From positions 19,642 through 83,641 of the forward strand of contig MFIM01000001.1 of the NCBI GenBank assembly GCA_001780725.1: DNA of 64,000 bases. The letters are read 5' to 3'. The first letter of the stretch is position 1; the number at the start of each line of letters is the position of its first letter. Below, piece after piece: positions 45,318 to 55,099 of the stretch. Position numbers and translations under genes: made by a program. The stretch comes from Candidatus Giovannonibacteria bacterium RIFCSPLOWO2_02_FULL_45_28. Lineage in GTDB: Bacteria; Patescibacteriota; Minisyncoccia; UBA11713; 2-01-FULL-45-33. The notes beneath the pieces were generated by a model. It saw nothing but the letters and a program-made list of their open reading frames with translations, was not told the DNA's origin and searched no databases.

Positions 45318-47990
45318 ATGAGCACTCAACTGCACACAAAAACAATCGCCGAAGTCATTGAGATTGTGCATACAAGCGAACGGGGCCTCACCGATGAAGA
45401 AGCTGGCCGCCGCCTTAGGGAATTCGGGCGCAACAAATTGCCGGAAGCAAAAATTGACGGCCTAATATTGATTTTTTTTCGGCAATTTAGAAGTCCGCTT
45501 ATTTACATTCTGCTCGCGGCAAGTCTTACGGTTTTTGCAATGGGAGAGACGGTTGACGGCTTGGTTATACTGGCTGTGCTGTTTTTTAACGCGGTTGTAG
45601 GAACAATCCAGGAAGGCAAAGCGCAAAACACATTGCGCGCGCTTAAAAAATTCGTTGAAACGAAAGCAACTGTTCTGCGCGGCGAAAAAGAGCTGATCGT
45701 TCCGGATACCGAAGTCGTTCCCGGAGACATTATTATTTTACAGGAAGGAGAAAAGGTGCCAGCCGACGCGCGCATCACGCTCTCTCACAATCTCAAGGTT
45801 GACGAAGCAGCGCTTACGGGAGAATCCGAACCAGTGCATAAAACAGCAGACATCATCAAAACGGCCGATCTCCCAACTTCTGAACAAAAAAATATAGTTT
45901 TTAAGGGCACGCACATAGTTGCCGGCAACGGAAAAGCAATTGTAACCGCAACGGGCATTGATACGGTCATCGGCAAAATTGCAAAAGCCATTGCGACAAT
46001 AGATACGGAAATACCGCTTAAAGCAAACATAAGACACCTTTCCAAGCTCATAATTATAACCGTTTCCGGCATCAGCGGATCGCTGTTTTTCTTGGGTCTC
46101 GCTTTTGAAAAATCCGCCAGAGAAATGTTCGCAACGGTGGTTTCACTCTCCGTCTCCATTATCCCGGAGGGTCTGCCGATTGTAATAACGCTTGTGCTTG
46201 CAAGCGGAGTTTGGAGAATGTCAAAACGCAACGCTTTGGTAAAAAAACTACAAGCCGTGGAAGCGCTTGGGCAAGTGCGAGTCATAGCGGTTGATAAAAC
46301 AGGTACAATCACGCAAAACGAGATAGTTATTCAAAAAGTATTTGTCGGTAATAAATTGTTTGATGTGTGCGGCGCCGGCTATGAGCCAAAAGGAGAAATC
46401 AGGCTCGGCGGAGACTTGATTGAATCGGCAAACCATCCCGAATTGCTCCGTGCCGGAAAAATCGCGGCGCTTTGCGCCAACGCCAGAGTAATGTTTTCAG
46501 AAACTGAAAAACAATGGAAAATCGCAGGCGACCCAACGGAAGCAGCCATGCTTGTATTTGCTCAAAAGATCGGTTTTCATAAAGATAATTTGGAAAGAGA
46601 AATGCCGTTGGTTGCGGAAATCCCGTTTGATTACAAACTCAAATACCACGCAACCATTCACAAAGATATTTTGACCGTTGTCGGCGCACCGGAGGTTATT
46701 TTAAATCTTTCCATGCTGACGGAAAGCGACAAGCGCGAATTGGAATCAATTTTCCTGCGGCTTTCAGCCGAGGGGTTGAGAGTAATCGCTTTAGCCGAAA
46801 GCCGCAGTGCGCTCGCCTCGCTGAAGCTCTGGCGAAGCGGGCCAGAAATTCTCAAGCCGGAAAATATAAAAGAGCTCTCTTTCGTGGGATTTTTCGGCAT
46901 GAAAGACGCTTTGCGCCCTGAAGTTAAAGAGGCGCTGCAAAAAGCCGAATCGGCCGGCATAAAAGTGGTAATGATAACGGGAGACCATAAAATTACAGCG
47001 GAGGCGGTGGCAAAAGAAGCCGGAATTTACAAAATTGGCGATTCCATTCTTACAGGACAAGAAATTGACGCGATGCCGGACGACGCACTTAAAGAAAAAA
47101 TTGCCAATGTGTCGGTTTTTGCCAGGGTAACGCCGGAACACAAATTAAGAATTGTTAGGGCGTATAAGGCAAAGGGGGAAATTATTGCAATGACGGGAGA
47201 CGGCGTCAACGACGCGCCGTCTCTTGTAGCCGCCGACCTCGGAGTGGCGATGGGAAAAATCGGAACAGAGGTTGCAAAAGAGGCGGCTGATATCGTACTG
47301 CTTGATGATAACTTCGGAAGCATAATTTCTGCCGTAGAAGAGGGCCGAAGCATTTACAAAACCATAAAAAAGATAATTCTTTATCTTTTTTCAACAAGCG
47401 CCGGGGAAACCCTCACGATCGCCGGAGCTCTTTTTTTGGGCTACCCTCTTCCTATTTTGCCGGCGCAGATTATTTGGTTAAATTTTGTCACAGACGGCTT
47501 CCTCGACATGGCGCTAGCGATGGAACCGAAAGAGGTGGGTTTGCTAAAAAGTAATTTTGAAAAACCAAAAAAATATTTAGTAGACTCGCTAATGGCGCGG
47601 CGCATGTTTTTCATGGCGGTGCCGATGATGATCGGGGCGCTATTTTTGTTTAAAAACTATTTTGAAACCGATATAGTCAAAGCGTGGACAATCTCTCTTA
47701 CGGCGCTTGCCGTATTTCAATGGTTCAATGTGTGGAACTGCCGCTCCGAAGAAAAATCTATTTTTCAAATGAATCCGTTCTCCAATAAATTTCTGATAGC
47801 CGCCACGGCCTTAATTGTTTCACTTCAACTCGCGGCGGTTTATAATCCTGTAATGCAAAAAATATTGCGCACGACGGCTCTTGGGCTTTCCGAGTGGGTA
47901 ATGATAGTATCGGTCGCGTTTTCTATTGTGGCGGTTGAGGAAATAAGAAAATTCTTTTATAGAAAAAGCGCGGCTAATCAGAAAATTTGA
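45318..47990 (+). CDS. P-type cation-transporting ATPase (type II)
   Basis: TGES, PEGL, DKTGT, TGD, GDGVND motifs. Confidence 0.95.
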   Translation: MSTQLHTKTIAEVIEIVHTSERGLTDEEAGRRLREFGRNKLPEAKIDGLILIFFRQFRSPLIYILLAASLTVFAMGETVDGLVILAVLFFNAVVGTIQEGKAQNTLRALKKFVETKATVLRGEKELIVPDTEVVPGDIIILQEGEKVPADARITLSHNLKVDEAALTGESEPVHKTADIIKTADLPTSEQKNIVFKGTHIVAGNGKAIVTATGIDTVIGKIAKAIATIDTEIPLKANIRHLSKLIIITVSGISGSLFFLGLAFEKSAREMFATVVSLSVSIIPEGLPIVITLVLASGVWRMSKRNALVKKLQAVEALGQVRVIAVDKTGTITQNEIVIQKVFVGNKLFDVCGAGYEPKGEIRLGGDLIESANHPELLRAGKIAALCANARVMFSETEKQWKIAGDPTEAAMLVFAQKIGFHKDNLEREMPLVAEIPFDYKLKYHATIHKDILTVVGAPEVILNLSMLTESDKRELESIFLRLSAEGLRVIALAESRSALASLKLWRSGPEILKPENIKELSFVGFFGMKDALRPEVKEALQKAESAGIKVVMITGDHKITAEAVAKEAGIYKIGDSILTGQEIDAMPDDALKEKIANVSVFARVTPEHKLRIVRAYKAKGEIIAMTGDGVNDAPSLVAADLGVAMGKIGTEVAKEAADIVLLDDNFGSIISAVEEGRSIYKTIKKIILYLFSTSAGETLTIAGALFLGYPLPILPAQIIWLNFVTDGFLDMALAMEPKEVGLLKSNFEKPKKYLVDSLMARRMFFMAVPMMIGALFLFKNYFETDIVKAWTISLTALAVFQWFNVWNCRSEEKSIFQMNPFSNKFLIAATALIVSLQLAAVYNPVMQKILRTTALGLSEWVMIVSVAFSIVAVEEIRKFFYRKSAANQKI

Positions 47991-49114
47991 TAAACCAGCT
48001 CATAGATAATGCTTGCGGCGAAAATTAAAATCAAAAATGTTTGATGAATCGGCCCGAACGGCAAAAACCTTGCTGTTCCAGAGCCGGTTTTCCGCAGTTT
48101 CCTCAAAATAAAAATCACAAAAAAACTGTCCAGCGCGATAAAAATGCCGCCAACCACCGAAATAAGTTTTACAAAGTCCTCCAAGCCGGACATAAAGAGC
48201 AGAACCGGGACCAATGCGCCCAAAAACCAGGAAAATATCCTTGGCATATTGAGGTCAAATTCGTAGATAGCTTTGAGGTCGTAAGCCAAAACCAAAAAAG
48301 AAGTAAGGACGGCCAAAAAACCCATTACCGCCCCCAAAATCACAATTTTCACGCCCAAAACGCCGCGCAGGCTGGAGATGGCGTCTTCGGAAATCGCGCC
48401 ATTTACCGCCATAAGCACCGCGACTATAAAAATAACGTACAAGACAAGCGGGACGAGGGTACCCCAAGCAATCACCGATTTTAACTTCGGCTCATCTTCT
48501 TTTTTCTTAAACACTTCCTTGGCATCCGGTATAACGGAGAGTCCGGCTAAAGCGAAAACAAAAATTCCGAACGCGAAAAAAGGATCTCCTCCGCCGGTCG
48601 GCAAATTAGAAAAACTGCCGTTTGAGAGCGACGCCAAAGAAATCAGCAAAATTGCCGCAATCAATGGTATGGTTAAAATTAAATTCAAAAGCCCGATAGT
48701 TTCTATGTTTTCAAAAAATAAAATCGCTACAGATACCGCAAAAAATACTAAAGTCCAAAAAAACGGCGTGCGGCCGAAAATCGTAGAAAGAAAAATTCCG
48801 CCCAGCACTCCGTAAATCAAAAGCGTTGCGTTAAAAAAAATAATCTGCGTTATTTTATTGAAATTGCCCGCGAGCTTTCCCAAATGCAGTTTGGCGTAGC
48901 CCGGCAATCTGTGCCTGCCTTCAGTATTTAAAACCACTTCTCCGTAGGCAAAATGAATGGAAAGAACTGCAAAAAAAGCGAGCGCCATACCGAAAATTGA
49001 CGCCCAAATTCCAGAGACCGAAACCGCGTAAGGCAAAGCAAACATGCCGGAGCCGATAATCATCCCGCCAAATACTCCGAGAGCTTTCCAAAACGGAGAT
49101 TTAAACATCTTCAT
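47978..49114 (-). CDS. aromatic amino acid permease family protein
   Basis: G..IGSGMFALPY; about 11 TM helices. Confidence 0.8.
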   Translation of the reverse strand: MKMFKSPFWKALGVFGGMIIGSGMFALPYAVSVSGIWASIFGMALAFFAVLSIHFAYGEVVLNTEGRHRLPGYAKLHLGKLAGNFNKITQIIFFNATLLIYGVLGGIFLSTIFGRTPFFWTLVFFAVSVAILFFENIETIGLLNLILTIPLIAAILLISLASLSNGSFSNLPTGGGDPFFAFGIFVFALAGLSVIPDAKEVFKKKEDEPKLKSVIAWGTLVPLVLYVIFIVAVLMAVNGAISEDAISSLRGVLGVKIVILGAVMGFLAVLTSFLVLAYDLKAIYEFDLNMPRIFSWFLGALVPVLLFMSGLEDFVKLISVVGGIFIALDSFFVIFILRKLRKTGSGTARFLPFGPIHQTFLILIFAASIIYELVYQIF

Positions 49115-49556
49115 GGTTCGCGCCGGACTTGCCTTTGTGAATATATATTTCTACAAACCGCAGCGCCCAAAGCACAAAAAGCACCAAAACAGTCGCGTAG
49201 ATAGCCAACGCATAAAAACCAAAACCAACAGCCATACCAACAGCCGCTGTCGCCCAAAGGCCAGCTGCTGTAGTGAGCCCTTCAAGACGGTCTCCTTTCA
49301 GCAAAATTAGCCCTCCGCCTATAAACCCAATACCAACCACAACCTGCGAGGCAATCCGCGAAGGATCAAAATAAGGCGCCCCCAAAGAACTTTCCACAGA
49401 CATAATAGTAAATAAAGCCGCACCAACGGCTACCAGCATGTAAGTGCGCAACCCTGCGGGCTTGCCGCGATATTCCCTCTCAAAACCAACAAGCATCCCC
49501 AAAAAGGCAGCCAAGGTTAGTTGATAAATCATTTGTATTGTTTCAGGGTTTAACAT
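49101..49556 (-). CDS. MgtC/SapB family protein
   Basis: G.ERE...KPAGLRT, RIASQVV.GIGFIG, GLTTAAGLW. Confidence 0.93.
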   Translation of the reverse strand: MLNPETIQMIYQLTLAAFLGMLVGFEREYRGKPAGLRTYMLVAVGAALFTIMSVESSLGAPYFDPSRIASQVVVGIGFIGGGLILLKGDRLEGLTTAAGLWATAAVGMAVGFGFYALAIYATVLVLFVLWALRFVEIYIHKGKSGANHEDV

Positions 49557-49564
49557 AAATAAAA

Positions 49565-50152
49565 TTATGCTTTAACAACTTTTCCTTTTTTAACCATTTC
49601 CAAAACTTTTTCTACCAAGCGTTTCGGGTCGGAGTCGTAAACGATATTACCCGGGCCGCGTTGTGATTTTTCAATAATGTCTCTGATAACTTCTGTAGAG
49701 CCGCCGGAACCCTCCAAAACGCCGATTGGCTTTCCGTCTTCAAGCGCGATGGTAAACTCGTTGATGGTCCCCCAGCGGCCACAGCCGAATATCACGGCAT
49801 CGGCCGAACGGGTTAGAAGCAAATTTCTTCCGGAATATCCAAAGCCGGTGTAAACAATAATATCCATATAATCCATCGGCAGTTTATAAGTCTCAATATG
49901 TTCTTTTTCCGAACCGGCTGGAGAAAGGCCGATGGTAAAACCGTCAGCTTCTTTCGCGCCGATCGCCGCCCAAAAAGGAAAACCTGTTGTGGCGCCGTTT
50001 ACCAAAACAGCGTTATTTTTTGCCACCCAGTGCCCCAATTCTTTTGCCTTATCCAGCGCGTCCGGCGCGCAATGCCCCGTATCCGCCGCCCCGGACACGC
50101 AGATTTTATACTTCAAATGTATATGCTTTCCGTCCATTCTCACATTATACAC
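49565..50152 (-). CDS. LOG/SLOG family protein (start may be about 50137)
   Basis: GATTG.P, TGFG..GRN, GTINEF. Confidence 0.85.
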   Translation of the reverse strand: MYNVRMDGKHIHLKYKICVSGAADTGHCAPDALDKAKELGHWVAKNNAVLVNGATTGFPFWAAIGAKEADGFTIGLSPAGSEKEHIETYKLPMDYMDIIVYTGFGYSGRNLLLTRSADAVIFGCGRWGTINEFTIALEDGKPIGVLEGSGGSTEVIRDIIEKSQRGPGNIVYDSDPKRLVEKVLEMVKKGKVVKA

Positions 50153-50410
50153 AATTTCTTAAAAACTTTCATCCTTAACTTATACCCATTACAATGTCTC
50201 AAAACCCCGAGATAAGATTGTAAATTTTTATTGCTCACTTTTTTAAATATTCTCTTTTTGAAATTCTAATTTAAGCTCGTTTTTCAGAAACAACGCAATT
50301 ATCGGCAAAAGTTCCTTGAGATAACTCTCGTTTTGGTGCAAGATAATAAAGTCGTCCGTGTATCTAAAATAATGCTTAACTTTTAATTTGTGTTTAATAA
50401 ACTGGTCAAG
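50140..50410 (-). pseudogene. remnant of a second DGR reverse transcriptase
   Basis: LDQFIKHKLKVKHYFRYTDDFIILHQNESYL, then after an internal deletion KKRIFKKVSNKNLQSYLGVLRHCNG; paralogous to 41915-42270. Confidence 0.9.
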
Positions 50411-50551
50411 AACTATCCAAAATGACCAACGGCGGGACCGGTTGTATTAGCCATCTCAAGTCTATAAAATTTCAGCAAAATTAAAAAGGGGGCAGTAAAA
50501 TTACCAACCCCCTTTCAAAAGTTTAAAATAAAAAAGAAACAAGATTAAAAA

Positions 50552-50866
50552 TCAGGAAACTACCTCGCGGGCGCGCAAGCAGTCGCGGGCGCGGGACGGA
50601 CCGTAGCAATTCACGTTCATCCCACTGCAGTAGCTGAACCAGTAGACGCCCGGCACGCGGCCAACGGAGCCGCGCGAACCGGAGCAAAGAGTGATATTCT
50701 GAATGTCCAGATGCTTGCCGGTCTCGTCATGATACTTGAGCTCGTATATCGCGCGCTCTGTAAACGTGATGCCGGGAATCTTCATCCCGCCGAGGTCGTT
50801 GGCGGAACGATTTTTGAGTTCCTTATCCGCTTCGACCCTTTCGCGAACCAAAATGGCGTAGGCCGA
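50552..50866 (-). pseudogene. 5'-truncated probable DGR target gene with VR-like end
   Basis: ...TLCSGSRGSVGRVPGVYWFSYCSGMNVNCYGPSRARDCLRAREVVS*; hairpin AAAGGGG/CCCCTTT downstream; next to RT remnant. Confidence 0.7.
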
Positions 50867-50879
50867 AATGATTAAACTT

Positions 50880-51104
50880 TTATAGCAATTTAATAAACTC
50901 GTCTACGGATATTTCCAAATCATTAATAATTCCTTTTAGGATTTTTCTTTTTAAATCTCGGCCGGAATGAACTGGAACAGTAACTCGCCTGCCGTCTAGA
51001 TGCTTAAACTGCGCGTGACTGCCAACTTGGTGGTGCTTAAAAAATCCAAGTTTCTCTAAAACCCGGATAAGTTCTTTGGTTTTAATAATAGGAAGTTTGG
51101 GCAC
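50880..51104 (-). CDS. hicA: HicA-family toxin
   Basis: LEKLGF....GSH..F.H.DGR.VTVPVH. Confidence 0.9.
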   Translation of the reverse strand: MPKLPIIKTKELIRVLEKLGFFKHHQVGSHAQFKHLDGRRVTVPVHSGRDLKRKILKGIINDLEISVDEFIKLL

Positions 51105-51109
51105 AAAAC

Positions 51110-51361
51110 CTAGGCACGACTTATAGCTAATTCTTTTGCTGAAAATGATTGAATCATCTCCAGCGCCTCCTCTTCTTGTGGAATTAACTCATTATCTTTA
51201 GCCAAACCCTGGATATGGCATTTAATAGCCTCTTTTAAATTCTGTTTAACTTCTTCTAAAGATTCTCCGTAAACATGAACACCTCTTAAAAGAGGGGCAA
51301 ATCCGTGGTATCCCCCATTTTCCTCTGGCTCAACTATAATTCTAAAAGAATACAGCTCCAT
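51110..51361 (-). CDS. hicB: HicB-family antitoxin
   Basis: E.EENGGY...P.L.G....GE..EE...N..EAI. Confidence 0.88.
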   Translation of the reverse strand: MELYSFRIIVEPEENGGYHGFAPLLRGVHVYGESLEEVKQNLKEAIKCHIQGLAKDNELIPQEEEALEMIQSFSAKELAISRA

Positions 51362-51414
51362 AATATATCCATTTTAGCATAGCCAATATATAAATCAATG
51401 CATAAAATAATATA

Positions 51415-51493
51415 CTAAATCTCCGCACTCTAGCCGTATTTTGGGGCGCGCGCATCAATCCCCAAATAGTCGCGTAGTTTTTGGACGAGGGCC
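51415..51493 (-). repeat. diverged duplicate of the MBL RNase gene 3' end
   Basis: 79 bp, about 8 mismatches versus 52176-52254. Confidence 0.9.
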
Positions 51494-51508
51494 CAAAACA
51501 GCGCGGCT

Positions 51509-51904
51509 TCAAAACAAGTCGGGAATACCAACCTTTTTGTAAAACTTATCAAACGATAAAATGCAATCCAGCCGATAACTTTTTACCAAAGCGGCATTAA
51601 AACGATCTATCCACGATACGCCTCTTTCTTTTCGTGTTAAAAAAATCTTATCGGCTTGCTCGATGGTCGCTTTATCCATTGGGAGTTCAATAAAGTTTTT
51701 CTGCCGCAATGATGTTAGTAATGCCCTTGCAGCGTTTTGTGATACTTTGTAAGAGAGCACCGTTACCGCTTCAGAAACAGTAAATGGAGTAATAAAAATG
51801 GTGGCATCTTTTAATTCCGCCACTTTTACTAATGCCTTTTGATGGTTGGAGTCATCTTCTTTGGCAAGCGCAACCAGAAAATCAGCGTCAACAAGCGCTC
51901 TCAT
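51509..51904 (-). CDS. PIN-domain (VapC-like) toxin
   Basis: LVDADFLVAL....D..H, E, SWID, LSFD. Confidence 0.88.
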   Translation of the reverse strand: MRALVDADFLVALAKEDDSNHQKALVKVAELKDATIFITPFTVSEAVTVLSYKVSQNAARALLTSLRQKNFIELPMDKATIEQADKIFLTRKERGVSWIDRFNAALVKSYRLDCILSFDKFYKKVGIPDLF

Positions 51905-51907
51905 AAA

Positions 51908-52108
51908 TTACGCGTACAAATAATTATCTAATTTAGAAGATAGGTTTTTTGGTCCTCCGTGAAGCTTTAATCGTGCGATGCCTTTCAGTTCATCAAGGTG
52001 TTTTGTGACCCATAATTTCTTAACTAAAAACCAGCGCAATTCTTTCTCTGCTTGCTCTTTTTCGCCAAGCAATTCTTTGTACTCTTTTTCAAGTAATAGT
52101 TGTGTCAT
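51908..52108 (-). CDS. putative antitoxin
   Basis: Small ORF directly upstream of the PIN gene; LS..LD.YLY tail. Confidence 0.65.
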   Translation of the reverse strand: MTQLLLEKEYKELLGEKEQAEKELRWFLVKKLWVTKHLDELKGIARLKLHGGPKNLSSKLDNYLYA

Positions 52109-52175
52109 AATGTAATATTATCAAGCTGCGAGACGAAAGTCAAACCGCTGTATAATGTAACCGCAAAAACTCGCC

Positions 52176-53516
52176 TCAAATCTCTACACTCTCGCCGTAT
52201 TTTGGGGCGCGCGCATCAATCCCCAGATAGTCGCGGAGTTTTTGGACGAGAGCCAATGATGATTTCGGTTCGCCGTGGGTTGTGTAAATTTTTTTAAGAG
52301 TGTCGGATTTTTCGCGGACAAACTCCAAAAGCATCGCGTAGTCTGGATGCGCGGAATATCCATAGATGGTTTCTTTGCGGCAGCGAACCGGAATTTTTTC
52401 TCCGAAAATTGTAACTTCGTCCGCTCCATCCTGAATCCTTCTCCCCAAAGAAGCCGGCGACTGGTAGCCGATAAATAAAATTGTGCTTTTTGGGTCCTGC
52501 AAGTGCCTGCGTTCGTGATGCAAAATCCTCCCGCCGGTAGACATTCCGCTCCCAGCAATAATAATCTTGGGCGGCGGCGCGTCATTTATTTTTTTGGATT
52601 CTTCGGTCGTCAAAGCCACGTGAACTTGCGGGAAATTTAAAAAAGAAAAAGACCTTTTATCAACATAGGCCTTGTTGAGATAAGAATAATATTTTTGATA
52701 AACTTCTGTTGCGCGGATGGCCAGCGGGCTATCCAAAAAAATCTGCACATTGGGAACCTGTTTTTTCCGCAGCATATCGGAAATTTCCCAAAGAAGTTCC
52801 TGCGTTTTTTCCAAAGAAAACGCAGGAATCATGAGCACGCCGCCCTGTACGACGCTTTGTTCTATCACCCTTTCCAATTTTAATTTTTTCTCTTCAACAT
52901 CTTCATGTTCGCGGTCGCCGTAAGTTGATTCCAGCACCAAAACCTCCGCCCCCGCGACTTTTTCAAAGCCGTTAAGCAACGGGTTAGCCGGGTTGCCCAA
53001 ATCTCCGGTGAATAATATTTTCTTTCCGCTCGCCTCAACCAAAACCATTGCTGATCCCAAAATGTGGCCGGCGTCATAAAACACAACCTTGAAATCCCCG
53101 ACATTAACGGATTCGTGGTAATTTTTGCCTTCCCAAACAGACATGACGCGGTCAACATCTTCTTCGGTATACGGGACTTTCTCGTTGTCGCGCTCGGCCT
53201 CTTTTGCCATAACGCTGACGCTGTCTTTCAACATAATCTCCGCTAAATCTTTGGTTGGATTAGTTGAATAAATTTTTCCCGAAAAACCCTCTTTTACAAG
53301 CTTAGGAATTCTACCGGTGTGATCCACGTGCGCATGGGTCACAAAAAGCGCCGACACGCTTTTTGGGTCAAACGGAAATGGATCATGGCTTCGTATGTCG
53401 CAAAACTTCGGACACTGAAAAAGGCCGCAATCAATAAGAATTTTGTCTTTCCCGTTCTCCAGCAAAAAACAGCTTCCGGTAACTTCCTGCGCCGCGCCGA
53501 AAAATGAGAGTTTCAT
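52176..53516 (-). CDS. MBL-fold beta-CASP ribonuclease
   Basis: THAHVDHTG, AGHILG, ESTYG, GSGM..GGR, YSAH. Confidence 0.93.
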   Translation of the reverse strand: MKLSFFGAAQEVTGSCFLLENGKDKILIDCGLFQCPKFCDIRSHDPFPFDPKSVSALFVTHAHVDHTGRIPKLVKEGFSGKIYSTNPTKDLAEIMLKDSVSVMAKEAERDNEKVPYTEEDVDRVMSVWEGKNYHESVNVGDFKVVFYDAGHILGSAMVLVEASGKKILFTGDLGNPANPLLNGFEKVAGAEVLVLESTYGDREHEDVEEKKLKLERVIEQSVVQGGVLMIPAFSLEKTQELLWEISDMLRKKQVPNVQIFLDSPLAIRATEVYQKYYSYLNKAYVDKRSFSFLNFPQVHVALTTEESKKINDAPPPKIIIAGSGMSTGGRILHHERRHLQDPKSTILFIGYQSPASLGRRIQDGADEVTIFGEKIPVRCRKETIYGYSAHPDYAMLLEFVREKSDTLKKIYTTHGEPKSSLALVQKLRDYLGIDARAPKYGESVEI

Positions 53517-53990
53517 TTATTTAATATTTAAAAGCGAATCGTCCACCATCTTTAATTCGTCCCAAATTCCCTCTATAAGATCGTAGTGCTTCGCGTCTTC
53601 CAAAGTAACCCAAGCAAAATCGGTAAAATCTTTTGAAATTTTGACTTGGCCATCTTTGTATTCCGCCCAATAAGAAAGCGTAACCACAGGGAAACCATCT
53701 GGACGGACAAACACCAGATCGCATAAATAGTTTGGTTTATGAATTTCAAGCCCCACCTCTTCTAAAACCTCTTTATTCAAAACCCAGTCAACCACGTTAT
53801 ACCACTGCTGATAGCTGGCTGTGGTCGGTAAAATCTTGTATTCATTAAGAACCAATTTGCCGCCCGGCACAGTCCAGCGGTTAGGAAAAGCTTTTTCGTG
53901 CGGCGCGCGCTTTACAATTAAAAACTTGCCGTCTTTTACAACAATCGCGGTAGCAACGACAAAATGAAGCCTTGGGTCAAGCTCTGCCAT
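53517..53990 (-). CDS. NUDIX hydrolase
   Basis: PGGK...KEVLEEVGL NUDIX box. Confidence 0.85.
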   Translation of the reverse strand: MAELDPRLHFVVATAIVVKDGKFLIVKRAPHEKAFPNRWTVPGGKLVLNEYKILPTTASYQQWYNVVDWVLNKEVLEEVGLEIHKPNYLCDLVFVRPDGFPVVTLSYWAEYKDGQVKISKDFTDFAWVTLEDAKHYDLIEGIWDELKMVDDSLLNIK

Positions 53991-53991
53991 A

Positions 53992-54585
53992 TCAAAACAT
54001 TATATCCTCCTCCGCGCGCTTATAATCGTGGATTTCGTCTTTGGAAAACCAATATGCCAGCTCGTGCGCGGCCTCTTCCGAGGTTTCGGAGGCATGTATG
54101 ATATTGTGCACCGCGCGTTTATCGGAATTAGCCAGCGCAGGCGAATCCACAGAATAATCTCCGCGAATAGTCCCCATCTCCGCCAGATTCGGCAAGGTGT
54201 TACCACAGAGTTTTCGCACCATATCAATAGCGTGCACACCCTCCACAACCATTTTGACTAAGGGGCCGGAAACCATGAAATCAACGATCCAGCCCCGCAC
54301 CATTTTCCCGATTTCGTCCGCGTCAGCGGTGCCCAGTGCCTGCACAGGATCAATGCCATATTTTTGATAAGTGCCCAATGACTTTTCTCCCAAACGATGT
54401 ACCCACGCCGGATCTTTCGGGTAATGCTTGTCAATCTGATCTTTTGTCACCCAAATCATTTTTAACGCGACAATCTTGAGCCCCCTTTGTTCAATGCGGC
54501 GGACAACCTCACCGGCAAGCCCGCGTTTAACGCCGTCGGGTTTTATTAAAACAAGCGTTCTTTCTTCTTTTGGTTTATGCGTCAT
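53992..54585 (-). CDS. ndk: nucleoside-diphosphate kinase
   Basis: ERTLVLIKPDGV.RGL, GTIRGD, NIIHAS. Confidence 0.95.
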   Translation of the reverse strand: MTHKPKEERTLVLIKPDGVKRGLAGEVVRRIEQRGLKIVALKMIWVTKDQIDKHYPKDPAWVHRLGEKSLGTYQKYGIDPVQALGTADADEIGKMVRGWIVDFMVSGPLVKMVVEGVHAIDMVRKLCGNTLPNLAEMGTIRGDYSVDSPALANSDKRAVHNIIHASETSEEAAHELAYWFSKDEIHDYKRAEEDIMF

Positions 54586-54640
54586 GTTTTGACAATAACA
54601 AACGCTTTTGCTAATTTCAAGGGAGATTGACTGGGGCAGT

Positions 54641-55099
54641 ATGAAAGAAAAAAGGAAAGTATTTATAATCCAATCTGTGCGTGGCGCCACGAAAGCTGAA
54701 AGGGAATTTGCTATTTCACACGCCGCGCGACTTGAAAACAGCAGTTACGAGGTTTACTTGCCAGCAAGAAATACGAACCAAAATGATCCGGTTGGTCTTA
54801 GAATCTGCACAGACAACCGCAAAGCCATTGCGAACGCAGACGAAATTCACATCATCTGGAAAAAGAACAATTTAAATTGGTTTCAAAAACTACTTTCTTG
54901 GTTTGTGGGAAAACTTCAAAAATGGGGCGGGTTGCAAAAATCAGAAGGCAGTTATTTTGACTTCGGAATGAGTTTTATGGCACAGCATTTTCTTCCGGAC
55001 AAAAAAATAATTCTGGTCAACCTCGATATGATAAAACCGACGGGGGGCAAAAGCTTTGAAAACGTGCTGCATGCGCTAACAAAAAGGAGCCGAAAATGA
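54641..55099 (+). CDS. nucleoside 2-deoxyribosyltransferase-like protein
   Basis: VYLPARNT, N..AI..AD, SEGS.FDFGM pattern. Confidence 0.55.
   Translation: MKEKRKVFIIQSVRGATKAEREFAISHAARLENSSYEVYLPARNTNQNDPVGLRICTDNRKAIANADEIHIIWKKNNLNWFQKLLSWFVGKLQKWGGLQKSEGSYFDFGMSFMAQHFLPDKKIILVNLDMIKPTGGKSFENVLHALTKRSRK

Noticed and set aside
50552-50690. Second VR as a remote target of TR1
   Set aside because: No alignable similarity to 43260-43380 was found by eye.
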